Source: an uncultured Chloroflexia bacterium
GTDB lineage: Bacteria; Chloroflexota; Limnocylindria; Limnocylindrales; CSP1-4
Assembly: GCA_963816905.1 (NCBI GenBank)
Contig: CAWFMQ010000020.1
Location: 1,862-65,861, forward strand
DNA length: 64,000 nt
Direction of reading: 5' to 3'
Below, piece after piece: positions 17,542-26,356 of the stretch. Position 1 is the stretch's first letter; the number at the start of each line of letters is the position of its first letter. The translations under genes were made by a program, and so were the position numbers. The notes beneath the pieces are model-generated. The model was not told the DNA's origin, ran no database searches, and was given only the letters and a program-made list of their open reading frames with translations.

Positions 17542-19159
17542 CCAACACGCGCCGCGCAGGAGGGTCGTCCGGGAGCGGATCGATCCACGGCTGACCGCCT
17601 CGCTGTTCGCCAACTACCGGAGCGCAACCGATGCGCTGCTCGAACTCGTCGACAACGCCGTCGATGCCCGCATCCCAGGGCAGGAACTCCACGTCGACAT
17701 CACGCTGCGACCTGGAAGCCTGGCACTCACTGCTGTCGGCGGTGCTGGCATGGGCCCCACGCAGATCGAGCGCGACTACCTCCACTGGGGCGCGTCGCCC
17801 AAGCGCGGCGGCGAGCGCATCGGCCGCTACGGGCAGGGCGGGAAGGCCGCCATCGGGCACCTCGGCAACACCTTTGAGATCGTCGCCAGCCCGGCGGGCG
17901 ATGCGAAGGCCTACGCGTTCTCCGACGACGCCTACCGCGATCGGTCACGGCTGCGCAGCTACGAGGTCCACGAGCGCCGCAAGCTGGTCGAACCCGGGCT
18001 CGGGTACGTACACGTGGAGATCGGCGAAGTCGACAAGCGGCTCGACCAGCTGCGGGTGCGGACGCGGCTGGCCGAGGTATACCGCCCGATGCTGCTCTCA
18101 CGGGAGGTCACGCTCCGCGTGAACCGAGCAGTGGTGGAGCCGCTGCCGTGGCCGCTCGTGGAGGAGCAGCCGATCTCGGTCCGCGCAGGAGGACGCCTCG
18201 TCCGCGGCTGGTACGGGCTGCTGCCCGACCCTCCTCCGGCCGGCCTCCCGCCCGGGTTCCGCATCTACCACCTCGGCCGGCTGGTCGGGGAGCCGGTCTG
18301 GTTCGGGCACCAGGGTCCGGCGCTCCACCCCGCGCTGGCGCGGCTGGTCGGCGAGGTGGAGGTGCCGCACGTCCCGATCACCATGAACAAGAGCGACGTC
18401 GAGCGCGATTCGGCCGAATGGGCGGCCGTGGAGGCCCGCCTGCACCGGCTGCTGCTGCCGATCGTGCGGCGGCTCTCGCGCGACCCGGGGCCGAAGGCGA
18501 CGCCCCAGGCGCTCCGCACCGCCGACCAGGTGCGCAGGATCCTGGCCCGGGCGCTCCGACTGCTCGAGTCGGGCCAGTTGTTCGAGAGTCCCACAGCTGC
18601 CGGGACCGAGGGGCCGGAGGGTCAGCTCACGCTGGATCAGGCCCGCGCACACCGCGAGGGAGAGGCACCGACGATCGGGGACGACGAGCCGGCGCCCGGA
18701 GCCGACGAGGCGTCGGAGAACGAGGGGGCGCCCGAAGCCGAGGAGGCGCCCGAAGCCGAGGAGGCGCCAGAGGAGGGCGAACCCCCTGCCGCCGAGCGGC
18801 TCCCACGGGCTCCGGCCAGCCCGGCGACGGCGAGAGGCGGCGGCTCGAGGCGCGGCTTCGGCGACGTTGTCATCCGGGCACTTGACCCGCGCGTCCGGAG
18901 CGCGATGGTCGAGGAGGACGGAATCCGGCAAATCGTCATCAACTCGCAGTTCCCGCTGTACGACGTGCGGGACGGCGACCTCTGGTACCAGCTCGAGACC
19001 GCACTCCGGGAGGTCTGCGTGGCGATCCCGGAGGCGACGGTCCCGGAGTTCGAGCGCAAGGTGAACGAGTTGATGCTGGTCTCCCTCTCGCTGACCGAGC
19101 GCCGGCGGCGCGGGAAACGGCGCGCCGCGAAACCGGCTCGCGGGGAGTGGGCGAAGTAG
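17534..19159 (+). CDS. GHKL-superfamily ATPase (HATPase_c_3 / paraMORC-like ATP-binding protein) with acidic repeat linker and unknown C-terminal domain
   Basis: Bergerat-fold motifs ALLELVDNAVDA (N-box), GGAGMG, GRYGQGGKAAIGHLG. The middle region (…ITMNKSDVERDS…) resembles prokaryotic MORC-like proteins. Tandem APEAEE repeats at ~18720-18780. Confidence 0.8.
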   Translation: MDDQHAPRRRVVRERIDPRLTASLFANYRSATDALLELVDNAVDARIPGQELHVDITLRPGSLALTAVGGAGMGPTQIERDYLHWGASPKRGGERIGRYGQGGKAAIGHLGNTFEIVASPAGDAKAYAFSDDAYRDRSRLRSYEVHERRKLVEPGLGYVHVEIGEVDKRLDQLRVRTRLAEVYRPMLLSREVTLRVNRAVVEPLPWPLVEEQPISVRAGGRLVRGWYGLLPDPPPAGLPPGFRIYHLGRLVGEPVWFGHQGPALHPALARLVGEVEVPHVPITMNKSDVERDSAEWAAVEARLHRLLLPIVRRLSRDPGPKATPQALRTADQVRRILARALRLLESGQLFESPTAAGTEGPEGQLTLDQARAHREGEAPTIGDDEPAPGADEASENEGAPEAEEAPEAEEAPEEGEPPAAERLPRAPASPATARGGGSRRGFGDVVIRALDPRVRSAMVEEDGIRQIVINSQFPLYDVRDGDLWYQLETALREVCVAIPEATVPEFERKVNELMLVSLSLTERRRRGKRRAAKPARGEWAK

Positions 19160-19265
19160 GACCCCTCGCATCGGCCGCTTCATCGCACTCCGGAGGCGCG
19201 GTTGTCCTCGGTCCGGCCGGCGCAGAGGACCGCCGGGCGACGGCCGGGCGGTCGACTCGGGCGCT

Positions 19266-19284
19266 TTGAACACCCGGCGTTCAA
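19266..19284. repeat. Palindrome TTGAAC-N7-GTTCAA (copy 1)
   Basis: ctTTGAACacccggcGTTCAAacc read directly. The flank GGCGTTCAAACCGACC recurs in inverted orientation at copy 2. Confidence 0.7.
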
Positions 19285-19494
19285 ACCGACCAACGAGGCC
19301 CCGGCGTTCCGCTCGCCGGCTGTCCGAACCGGCCGGCGGGTCATCGCGAAGGGCAATTCGGCGGGTTCGCCGCCTCGGTTGGAACACCGCGCGTAGCAGA
19401 ACGACCGACGGGGCCCGGCTTCCTCCCCTTCGCCTCCTGCCCGAGCGGCCGCCGGGCGTTCTGGACGCGCGTCTCGGCCGTCCGGCGGGTCCGT

Positions 19495-19513
19495 TTGAAC
19501 GCCACGCGTTCAA
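19495..19513. repeat. Palindrome TTGAAC-N7-GTTCAA (copy 2)
   Basis: gtTTGAACgccacgcGTTCAAtc read directly, ~230 bp from copy 1 in the convergent intergenic region. Confidence 0.7.
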
Positions 19514-19586
19514 TCACCGGGCAGCGGTTCCGATCGAGTGCCCCGGCGCGTGTGCTACCTCCCGGTCGGCCGGTGTGGAGGTCGGG

Positions 19587-20492
19587 TTACCAACCGCGTA
19601 TGAGGCTGTGGGGTGGAGGTAACAGCGGCGGCGCGCCCGTGATCGCTGGCACGAACCGGGGATCGACGCCGTAGACCGTCCGGATCCGGTCGGGCGTCAG
19701 GACCTCGAGCGGCGGTCCGTCGGCCACCAGCCGGCCGTGGTCGAGCAGCAGCAGCCGCGGGAAGAATTGCGCGGCGAGCGGCAGGTCGTGGAGGACCGCC
19801 AGGATCGTCAGGCCGTCGCGCTCGTTGAGGTCGGCCAGCAACTGCATGACCGCCACCTGGTGACGCAGGTCGAGATGCACGGTCGGCTCGTCGAGGATGA
19901 GCAGCCGCCCGCCCTGGGCGACCGCCATCGCGATCAGGACCAGTTGGCGCTCGCCGAGCGACAGCTCGCGGGCGTCGCGGCCACGCAGGGAGCCGATCCC
20001 GACGCGGTCGATGGCGGCGTCCACGGCCGCGCGGTCGGCACCGGCCGGCCCGAGCAGCGGGTGTTCGTGCGGGATCCTTCCGAGCGCGACGACCTCCTCG
20101 ACCCGCATGGCGAACGGCAGGGTCACCTGCCCGGGGACGACGGCGATGCGACGCGCGATCCCGGTCCGCCCGATCGCTTCGATCGGTTCACCGTCCAGGG
20201 CGATCGAGCCCTGATGGCCGGGCGCGAGGCCGGCCAGGCACCGGAGCAGGCTCGACTTGCCGGCCCCGTTCGGGCCGATGAGGCCCAGGCGTTCGCCGGG
20301 GGCGATCGACAGCGTCACGCCGGCGAGGGCATCCCGGGCGCCGTAGGCGAGCCCGACTCCGTCGAGGTCGACGCCGAGCCCGCGCCCCGAGCCGGCCGGC
20401 CCGGGTGCCGGGTGCGCCGGCGGTGCCGCGCGGTCGGAGGACGGCCGCGCCGGCGGCACCGGGGAAGGCTCGGACCAGCCGTCCCCGCTCAC
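19587..20492 (-). CDS. btuD: ABC transporter ATP-binding protein (FecE/BtuD class)
   Basis: LIGPNGAGKSSLLRCL (Walker A), LSLGERQLVLIAMA (signature), LLILDEPTVHLD (Walker B). GTG at 20492 overlaps the permease stop (GTGA). The upstream part of the 662-aa ORF is artefactual. Confidence 0.9.
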   Translation of the reverse strand: MSGDGWSEPSPVPPARPSSDRAAPPAHPAPGPAGSGRGLGVDLDGVGLAYGARDALAGVTLSIAPGERLGLIGPNGAGKSSLLRCLAGLAPGHQGSIALDGEPIEAIGRTGIARRIAVVPGQVTLPFAMRVEEVVALGRIPHEHPLLGPAGADRAAVDAAIDRVGIGSLRGRDARELSLGERQLVLIAMAVAQGGRLLILDEPTVHLDLRHQVAVMQLLADLNERDGLTILAVLHDLPLAAQFFPRLLLLDHGRLVADGPPLEVLTPDRIRTVYGVDPRFVPAITGAPPLLPPPHSLIRGW

Positions 20493-21568
20493 AGCTCGTA
20501 CCCGGAACGGAAGCGGCGCAGAAGCACGAGGAAGAACGGCGCGCCGACGATCGCCGTCACGATCCCCACCGGGATATCGCCCGGGATGCGCGCCACGAGG
20601 TCGCAGAGGACCATGAACCCGGCGCCGTACAGGGCCGAAAGAGGCAGCACCAGGCGGGCGTTCGGGCCGACGACGAGTCGCAGGATATGCGGCACGACGA
20701 GCCCGACGAACCCGATCAGCCCGGCCAGCGCCACCCCGGCCGCCGTCACCAGGGATGCCAGCACGAGCAGGATCGTCCGCTCGCGCCGCACGTCCAGCCC
20801 CAGCGTGATCGCCGTGTCCTCGCCGAGCAGCAGCGCGTTCAGGGAGCGGGCCCGAAGGCAGATCAGGATCGTCCCGGCGAGAATGATCGGGAGGCCGAAC
20901 ACCAGCTGCTGCCACGAGACCGTCGCGAAGCTGCCCAGCAGGTAGAAGAAGATCTGCCGCAGGTTCTCGCCCGCGAGGTACATGGCCATCGACAGGCCCG
21001 CGGCGAGCAGGGACGCCACGGCGTACCCGGTGAGCAGGACGGACGTCAGCGATCCGCCGCGCGCACCGCCCGACAGGCGATAGACGAGGGTCACCGCCGC
21101 CAGCGCGCCGACGAACGCGAAGATGTTGACGAGCCCGAGCCCGAGGAGGGCAACCTGGACGGGGAGGAGGACGGCGATCGCCGCTCCGAGCGCCGCGCCG
21201 CTCGCGGTGCCCAGCACGTACGGGTCGGCAAGCGGGTTGCGCAGCAGTCCCTGGAAGGTCGCGCCGGCAACGGCCAGCCCGGTGCCGACAATCGCCGCGG
21301 TCAGGACGCGCGGCAGGCGAAGCTCGATGACGATGGTCTCGGACGACGCCGGCCACGATGCGGTCGACGGCCAGCCGAGCAGCCGGTGACCCAGGATGGC
21401 CAACGTGTCGCCCAGCGGCAGGGGCACGTTGCCGAGGACGATCCCCGCGACGATCGCCGCGCACAGGAGCGCAATTCCCCCGCCGACAAGCAGGACCGGA
21501 CGCCGCCGCACCGTCTCGATGCGGCCGAGCCGCACGGCGACGAGATCCGGCGCCAGTCCGGTGCTCAC
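20489..21568 (-). CDS. btuC: FecCD-family ABC permease (BtuC-like)
   Basis: …ELRLPRVLTAAIVGTGLAVAGATFQGLLRNPLADPYVLGTASGAALG…GAPFFLVLLRR, typical FecCD/BtuC. Confidence 0.9.
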   Translation of the reverse strand: MSTGLAPDLVAVRLGRIETVRRRPVLLVGGGIALLCAAIVAGIVLGNVPLPLGDTLAILGHRLLGWPSTASWPASSETIVIELRLPRVLTAAIVGTGLAVAGATFQGLLRNPLADPYVLGTASGAALGAAIAVLLPVQVALLGLGLVNIFAFVGALAAVTLVYRLSGGARGGSLTSVLLTGYAVASLLAAGLSMAMYLAGENLRQIFFYLLGSFATVSWQQLVFGLPIILAGTILICLRARSLNALLLGEDTAITLGLDVRRERTILLVLASLVTAAGVALAGLIGFVGLVVPHILRLVVGPNARLVLPLSALYGAGFMVLCDLVARIPGDIPVGIVTAIVGAPFFLVLLRRFRSGYEL

Positions 21569-21596
21569 GGCACAACCCCCGGGGCGGCCACGGCGC

Positions 21597-22637
21597 TCAC
21601 GGCGCGGGCGACGCGTTGGCCGACGCTGCGGCCGACCCGGGCGAGGGCGCAGAGGCGGTGCACATCGGCGGATCGGCCGGCTCGTCCGGCAGCGCCAGTC
21701 CCGGGTGAATCGCCCGGGCGAGCGACGACAGGCCCTGGTCCAGCCGTGGGCCCGGCCGCGTGATGACGGTGTCGTTGACCGGCCGGACCGCTCCGTTCTT
21801 CACGGCGGCGATCGCCGACCAGCCGGCACGCGACGCGATGTCGGAGGGGCAGGTGCCGTACAGCGCGTCGCCGAGGAGGATCACGTCCGGATTGGCCGTC
21901 AGCAGTTGCTCGAGCGGGATCGAGAAGACGTTGGGGTCACTCGTCGTGATCGGGGTACCGCCTGCCTTCGTGATCAGGTCCGCGAGGAAGGAGTCGGGCG
22001 CCGGGCCGTAGATGTCCGGCCCGTAGCCGATCTCGTAGAAGACCTTCGGGCGGGCGCTCAGCGCGGCGACTGCGGACGTGATCGAGCCCATCCGGGAGCG
22101 TAGGCCGGCAGCCAGTGCGTCTCCCGCGGCGGGAAGCCCGAGCGCACGCCCGACCGTCCGGATGTCGGCCACGACGCCGTCGACGGTCTTCCCGTAGAGC
22201 ACCACGACCGGGTAGCCCAGCTGGCGCAGCCGGGTGATCGCCGAGTCGGGCGTGAACCCGTTGCCGGCCGCAAGCACCAGGTCGGGCGACAGCGCCGCGA
22301 TCTTCTCGAACAGCACCGACCCGGACGTGACCACGTGCGGCAGTGTCGCGGCGGCCGCCGGGTAGTCGTCGGCGTCCGTGCCGCCGACCATCCGGCTCCC
22401 GCCCCCGAGCGCGAAGACGATCTCCGTGTTCGCCGGGGAGAGGCTGACGATGTGCTGCGGCGCCGCCGGGATCGAGACCGACGTCCCCTCGTCGTCGGTC
22501 AGCGTCAGCGGGTAGTGGACGGCCTCCGTCGACGCCGGCGGGGTCGTGGGAAGCGAGGCGGCCCGGAGCGATGGCTGCGGCGTCGCACCGGCAGCGCACG
22601 CAGCGAGGAGCAGGGGGAGGACCGCTGCGAGGACCAC
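21597..22637 (-). CDS. btuF: Periplasmic/lipoprotein substrate-binding protein (BtuF/class III SBP); start uncertain
   Basis: LLLAAC lipobox, IVSLSPANTEIVFALG...PDLVLA...VKNGAVRPVNDTVITRPGPR. The only in-frame start near the signal peptide is the GTG at 22637. A better-looking N-region (MPAVQRLSRLARS) lies in another frame, so a hidden frameshift is possible. Confidence 0.8.
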   Translation of the reverse strand: MVLAAVLPLLLAACAAGATPQPSLRAASLPTTPPASTEAVHYPLTLTDDEGTSVSIPAAPQHIVSLSPANTEIVFALGGGSRMVGGTDADDYPAAAATLPHVVTSGSVLFEKIAALSPDLVLAAGNGFTPDSAITRLRQLGYPVVVLYGKTVDGVVADIRTVGRALGLPAAGDALAAGLRSRMGSITSAVAALSARPKVFYEIGYGPDIYGPAPDSFLADLITKAGGTPITTSDPNVFSIPLEQLLTANPDVILLGDALYGTCPSDIASRAGWSAIAAVKNGAVRPVNDTVITRPGPRLDQGLSSLARAIHPGLALPDEPADPPMCTASAPSPGSAAASANASPAP

Positions 22638-22769
22638 CCCGCTTCGCTCGCGGACCGGGCGAGACGGCTCAGTCGTTGCACGGCGGGCATGGATCGGCCC
22701 CTTCCCGATCGAGCCGGAAGGGGCCGGCTGGAGGTTCGTGAGCGGTCCATGGGTGCTTTCCCTCTCTCT

Positions 22770-22895
22770 CGAAGGTAGGAGCACGACCGTGGCACCGGCG
22801 ACCGGACTTCCAGCCCTGGGGCTGGTCACCGTAGCGGGACTGTGCCGGAATTGCACCGGCTTCGCGGGACCCCGGTCAGCTGTTCGGTTGTCAGG
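22770..22895 (-). promoter_or_regulatory. Cobalamin (B12) riboswitch upstream of btuFCD
   Basis: Minus strand reads GGTCCCGCGAAGCCGGTGCAATTCCGGCACAGTCCCGCTACGGTGACCAGCCCCAGGGCTGGAAGTCCGGTCGCCGGTGCCACGG. This matches the conserved GAAGCCGGTG..AATCCGGC..G.CCCGC.AC.GTGA core and the AAG.C.GG...CC.G.C B12-box region. Confidence 0.8.
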
Positions 22896-22970
22896 CGGCA
22901 GTGTACGCCCGCGCCCACCGTCCGCCGGGGACGAGCGGCTCCTGGGATGCTGCCGCGTTCAGGTCGTCGC

Positions 22971-23244
22971 CTACTCGCCGACCGCCGCGATACAGGGAAG
23001 AACGACGTCTGCGCATCCTCGGGAAGCATCTCGCCGAGGATCTTCTGCATGGCCAGGATGTGCGCGCAGGTTGCCAGCTTTCGAAGTAGTGGCAATTGCA
23101 TTGCCAGCCATCGGCGTCGAGGCTCAGGCGATGGGTGTCGTTGTCACCCTGGAACGTCACCGCGATGCGGTCGACCGTGATGCGGTCACGCTCGCGCGCG
23201 TAGCGATTCGCCTTCTCGATCTTGCCGATGACGCTGGAGTGCAT
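22971..23244 (-). pseudogene. Small SWIM-type zinc-finger protein, frameshifted near 23077 (3' end uncertain)
   Basis: MHSSVIGKIEKANRYARERDRITVDRIAVTFQGDNDTHRLSLDADGWQCNCHYFESW in one frame continues as LATCAHILAMQKILGEMLPEDAQ in another. Together they give the CxCx(n)CxH SWIM motif. Confidence 0.6.
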
Positions 23245-23456
23245 CGCGTCAGACCCTCCTGACGGGGGCCGTCGACGGGTCTCGTCGGGCCCCCCTGGTG
23301 GCGCCGGGCGGCGACCCCGAGTCGTCGCAACCGACGCCGATCGATCCCGGTAGCCTACATCAGCCAATCGTCTCCGACCATCGATACGATTGTTCACGTT
23401 CGCCCGTGTTCGAACCCGCGGCTGCGCGGATGGATCGCACTGTCGGGCCGGTCTTC

Positions 23457-24688
23457 TCAGGCTCCGGCGGAACTCTCCGGCCGGCGGACGTCCAGGTCGG
23501 CCGCGGCCAGCGCCTCCTTGATGCGCCGTCAGCACCTCGATCGGCGTCGGGTCCATCGCCGTACAGCAGCGCGAGGTATGCGCGTGACGTAGTCGCCCAG
23601 CACGATCGCCGACAGCGCCTGGGCAAACGCGCCGTCTCCCGGAGACGCCGACCTGGCTGTGGCCGATGTGCGCGTCGTCGAGCGCGGCGATCGACAGCGC
23701 CGCCCGCAGCCGGTTGCGCGGGTGATCCAAGGGGCTCTCCAGGAACACCACGGGAGGTGGTCGCGCGAGGACCTCCGGGTGCGGGTAGCCGACGACGGTG
23801 TTGTGCGTCGCCTCCGGCAGTGTCCTCCCACGCCGCGCTCGACTTGCCGTTCTCGTTGAGCTGCGTCTTCCAGCGGCGCGCCACCGGGCGAGGAACCCGC
23901 CCGCCTCGACGATCGGGAAGCGGTCGAGCAGCGTCCAGGCCAGTTGCTTCGCGGGATTCAGCATCGGTCGGGACGTCCGGCCCGAAGGTCGCGATCGCCG
24001 GCCCGTGCCGCCCGCAGGCCCCGGTCGACCTCGTCGATCGCTGAGGTCCAGCAGGCCGGCCCGCTCGAGCAGCCCGCCGAGCAGCATGACCGAGTAGCCG
24101 ACGGCCGCCCGCGGCATGCCGCCGCCCGGGAAGTCGAGCAGCGGAAACCCGGCGCGAACGGCGGCCTTGCGCAGGGCCCCGCCCGTCGTGATCGCGACGA
24201 TCGGGCAGTTGCGCGAGCACCGCCGTGCCCAGGGCGCTGATCGTCTCCTCGGTGTTGCCGCTGTTGGAGCTGGCGACGACGAGCGTCGACGTGGTCCACC
24301 CAGGCCGGCAGGTCGTAGCCGCGCACGACCGTGAGCGGCGCGCGCAGCCGGTCCGACCAGATGCCGGCGACGAGGTCGCCGCCGATCGCGGAGCCGCCCA
24401 TGCCGAGCACCGCGATCGTCCGCAACGCCGCGATACCGGTCGGCCAACTGCAGGTCGCGCGTCCGCTTCCAGGCATCGGCGACCTGGTCGGGGATACCGG
24501 CGATGACGCCGAGCATGTCGCCCCGGTCGATGCTCGCGCCGCAGGATCGCGTCGTCGAGCGGGTTCGACCCGGACGGTCCGGCGCCGTCTCCGCCGTTGC
24601 TCCTGGCTGCGCCATCCTGGGCGTGGTTCACGCGGTGCCTCCCTGGTTCGTCGCCGTTCCGGGGTGCGGCCCCGTCCATCCCGGTCAT
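23457..24688 (-). pseudogene. Bifunctional phosphoglucose/phosphomannose isomerase (SIS domain), at least 8 frame switches
   Basis: Conserved pieces are spread over three frames: SIDRGDMLGVIAGIPDQV / IAVLGMGGSAIGGDLVAG...VRGYDLPAWV / STLVVASSNSGNTEETISALG / CPIVAITTGGALRKAA...FPGGGMPRAAVGYS / NPAKQLAWTL / RWKTQLNENGKS / PEATHNTVVGY / AYLALLYG / DPTPIEVL. The ATG at 24688 overlaps the PMM stop. Confidence 0.8.
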
Positions 24689-26165
24689 GCGCCGGTCACG
24701 ATCCGGGTGCCCTCGTCGAGGAAGGCGTCACGCAATGTCGCGCTCGTCGCCTCCGCGTAGACGCGGACGAGGGGCTCGGTGCCGCTGAAGCGCACGAGCA
24801 GCCACGAGCCGTCCTCGGTCCAGAACTTGAAGCCGTCGCTGGTGTCGAGAGCGATCGAACGCACGACCGGCTCACCGGCGATCGACTCGGGCGCGTGCTC
24901 GCGCAGCTCCACGAGCAGCCGAGTCCTTGAGCGCGGGATACGCGGCGCGGTCCGCGTGCACGTCGCGCCGCAGGTAGAACGATGGTCCCGCGATGTCGTG
25001 CATGTGCGCGACGGCCGCCGAAACCGGCCAGCGCCCCGCTGCCTTCTCGCGGATGAAGAGGTCGAGCAGCATCAGGTCGGCGTAGATGCCGTCGCGCTCC
25101 GGAAGGTGCATGCCGAAGCCGTAGCCGCCGGACTCCTCGCCGCCCATCATGGCGCCCGTCTCGATCATCTTCGGCCCGACGAACTTGAAGCCGACCGACG
25201 TCTCGTGGACCGGCACGCCGTACATCTCGCCGAGTCGGAAGACCATGGACGGTCTCGTTGATGGTCGAGACCACCGGCTAGTCGCATGCCGCGGTGCTCC
25301 AGCAGGTGGTACATGAGCAGGCCCATGACCTCGAGCTGGTGGATGAACGTCGCCCTGCTCGTCGGCCGCGCCGGCTCGATCGGCGTCGCCGTCGAGCAGC
25401 AGCCCCAGGTCGTAGCCGCCCGCGGCCAGGAGCGCCAGCGCCTCGTCGATGTTCGGACGGATGGGCTCCGGGTTCACGCCGCCGAACCACGGGTTCCGCT
25501 CCGAGTGGATCTCCGTGACCTGGATCCGGCCGCCGGCGAGCAGCCGCGGGATCCAGCCGGCTCCGGAGCCCCACATCGGATCGACGAGCACGCGCAGGTC
25601 GGCCGCGCGGAGCGGTTCGAGGTCGAGCGAGCGCTCGAGGAACCGCCGGTAGCCCTCGAACGGGTCGAAGAGTTCGACCTTGCCGGCTGCAAGCGCATCG
25701 GCATACGGGCGGCGCGGCGGCGGCGTCCCGGCGCCGTCGCGGATGGTCCGCTCGAGCGTGGCGAGGATCTCCGGGCCGGCCGCGGCCCCGGTCGGGGACT
25801 TGACCTTGAAGCCGTTGTCCGTCCACGGGTTGTGCGAGGCGGTGATCATCACGCCGCAGGCGAAGCCGTGTTCGACCACCTCGTAGGAGGTCATCTGGGT
25901 CGGGATCGGCTCGGACGCGATCGACACCGGGATGTCATGGGCGAGCAGCACTTCTGCAGCGGCCTGCGCGAAGTACTCCGACGAGAACCGGCGGTCGAAC
26001 CCGATCGACGACGCCCTTCGCGCTCGCGCCCTGGTCGCGCACGTACTGCGCGACGCCCTGGGCGCAGCGGCGGACGTTGTCGTAGGTGTACTCCTCGCCG
26101 ACTCGGGCCCGCCACCCGTCGGTGCCGAAGACGATCGGCGGAAGGGCAACGGCTCTGTCGGACAC
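24685..26165 (-). pseudogene. manB: Phosphomannomutase/phosphoglucomutase, about 5 frame switches
   Basis: MSDRAVALPPIVFGTDGWRARVGEEYT..., GVMITASHNPWTDNGFKV (active-site Ser loop), LLLDGDADRAG (Mg site), FIHQLEVMGLLMYHLL, VVSTINET, GGEESGGY, LVRFSGTEPLVRVYAEA. Frame changes near 26008, 25345, 25285, 25250 and 24925. Confidence 0.85.
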
Positions 26166-26356
26166 GGGCGATCCTCCTGGTGACTGCGGTCGTCCGACGG
26201 CTCTCGCCGAGGACGAGTCCGCGGGGGCGAGTGAGTCGCAACCGAAACCTGGGCCTGCTCTGCGACGATGGTACCGCCCGCGGCGCGTCGTATGCTTTGG
26301 CGCGGACGCAGCGATCGCCGGGCGATCGGATCGTGCCGCAGAGGGAGGCTCAAGGG

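Noticed and set aside
18720-18780. Tandem repeats as a possible CRISPR or VNTR locus (also 2121-2158, 27175-27230 and 36419-36446)
   Set aside because: These are short (9-19 nt), have 2-3 copies, and are in frame within coding low-complexity linkers or an RBS region. There is no repeat-spacer architecture anywhere in the window, and no cas genes.
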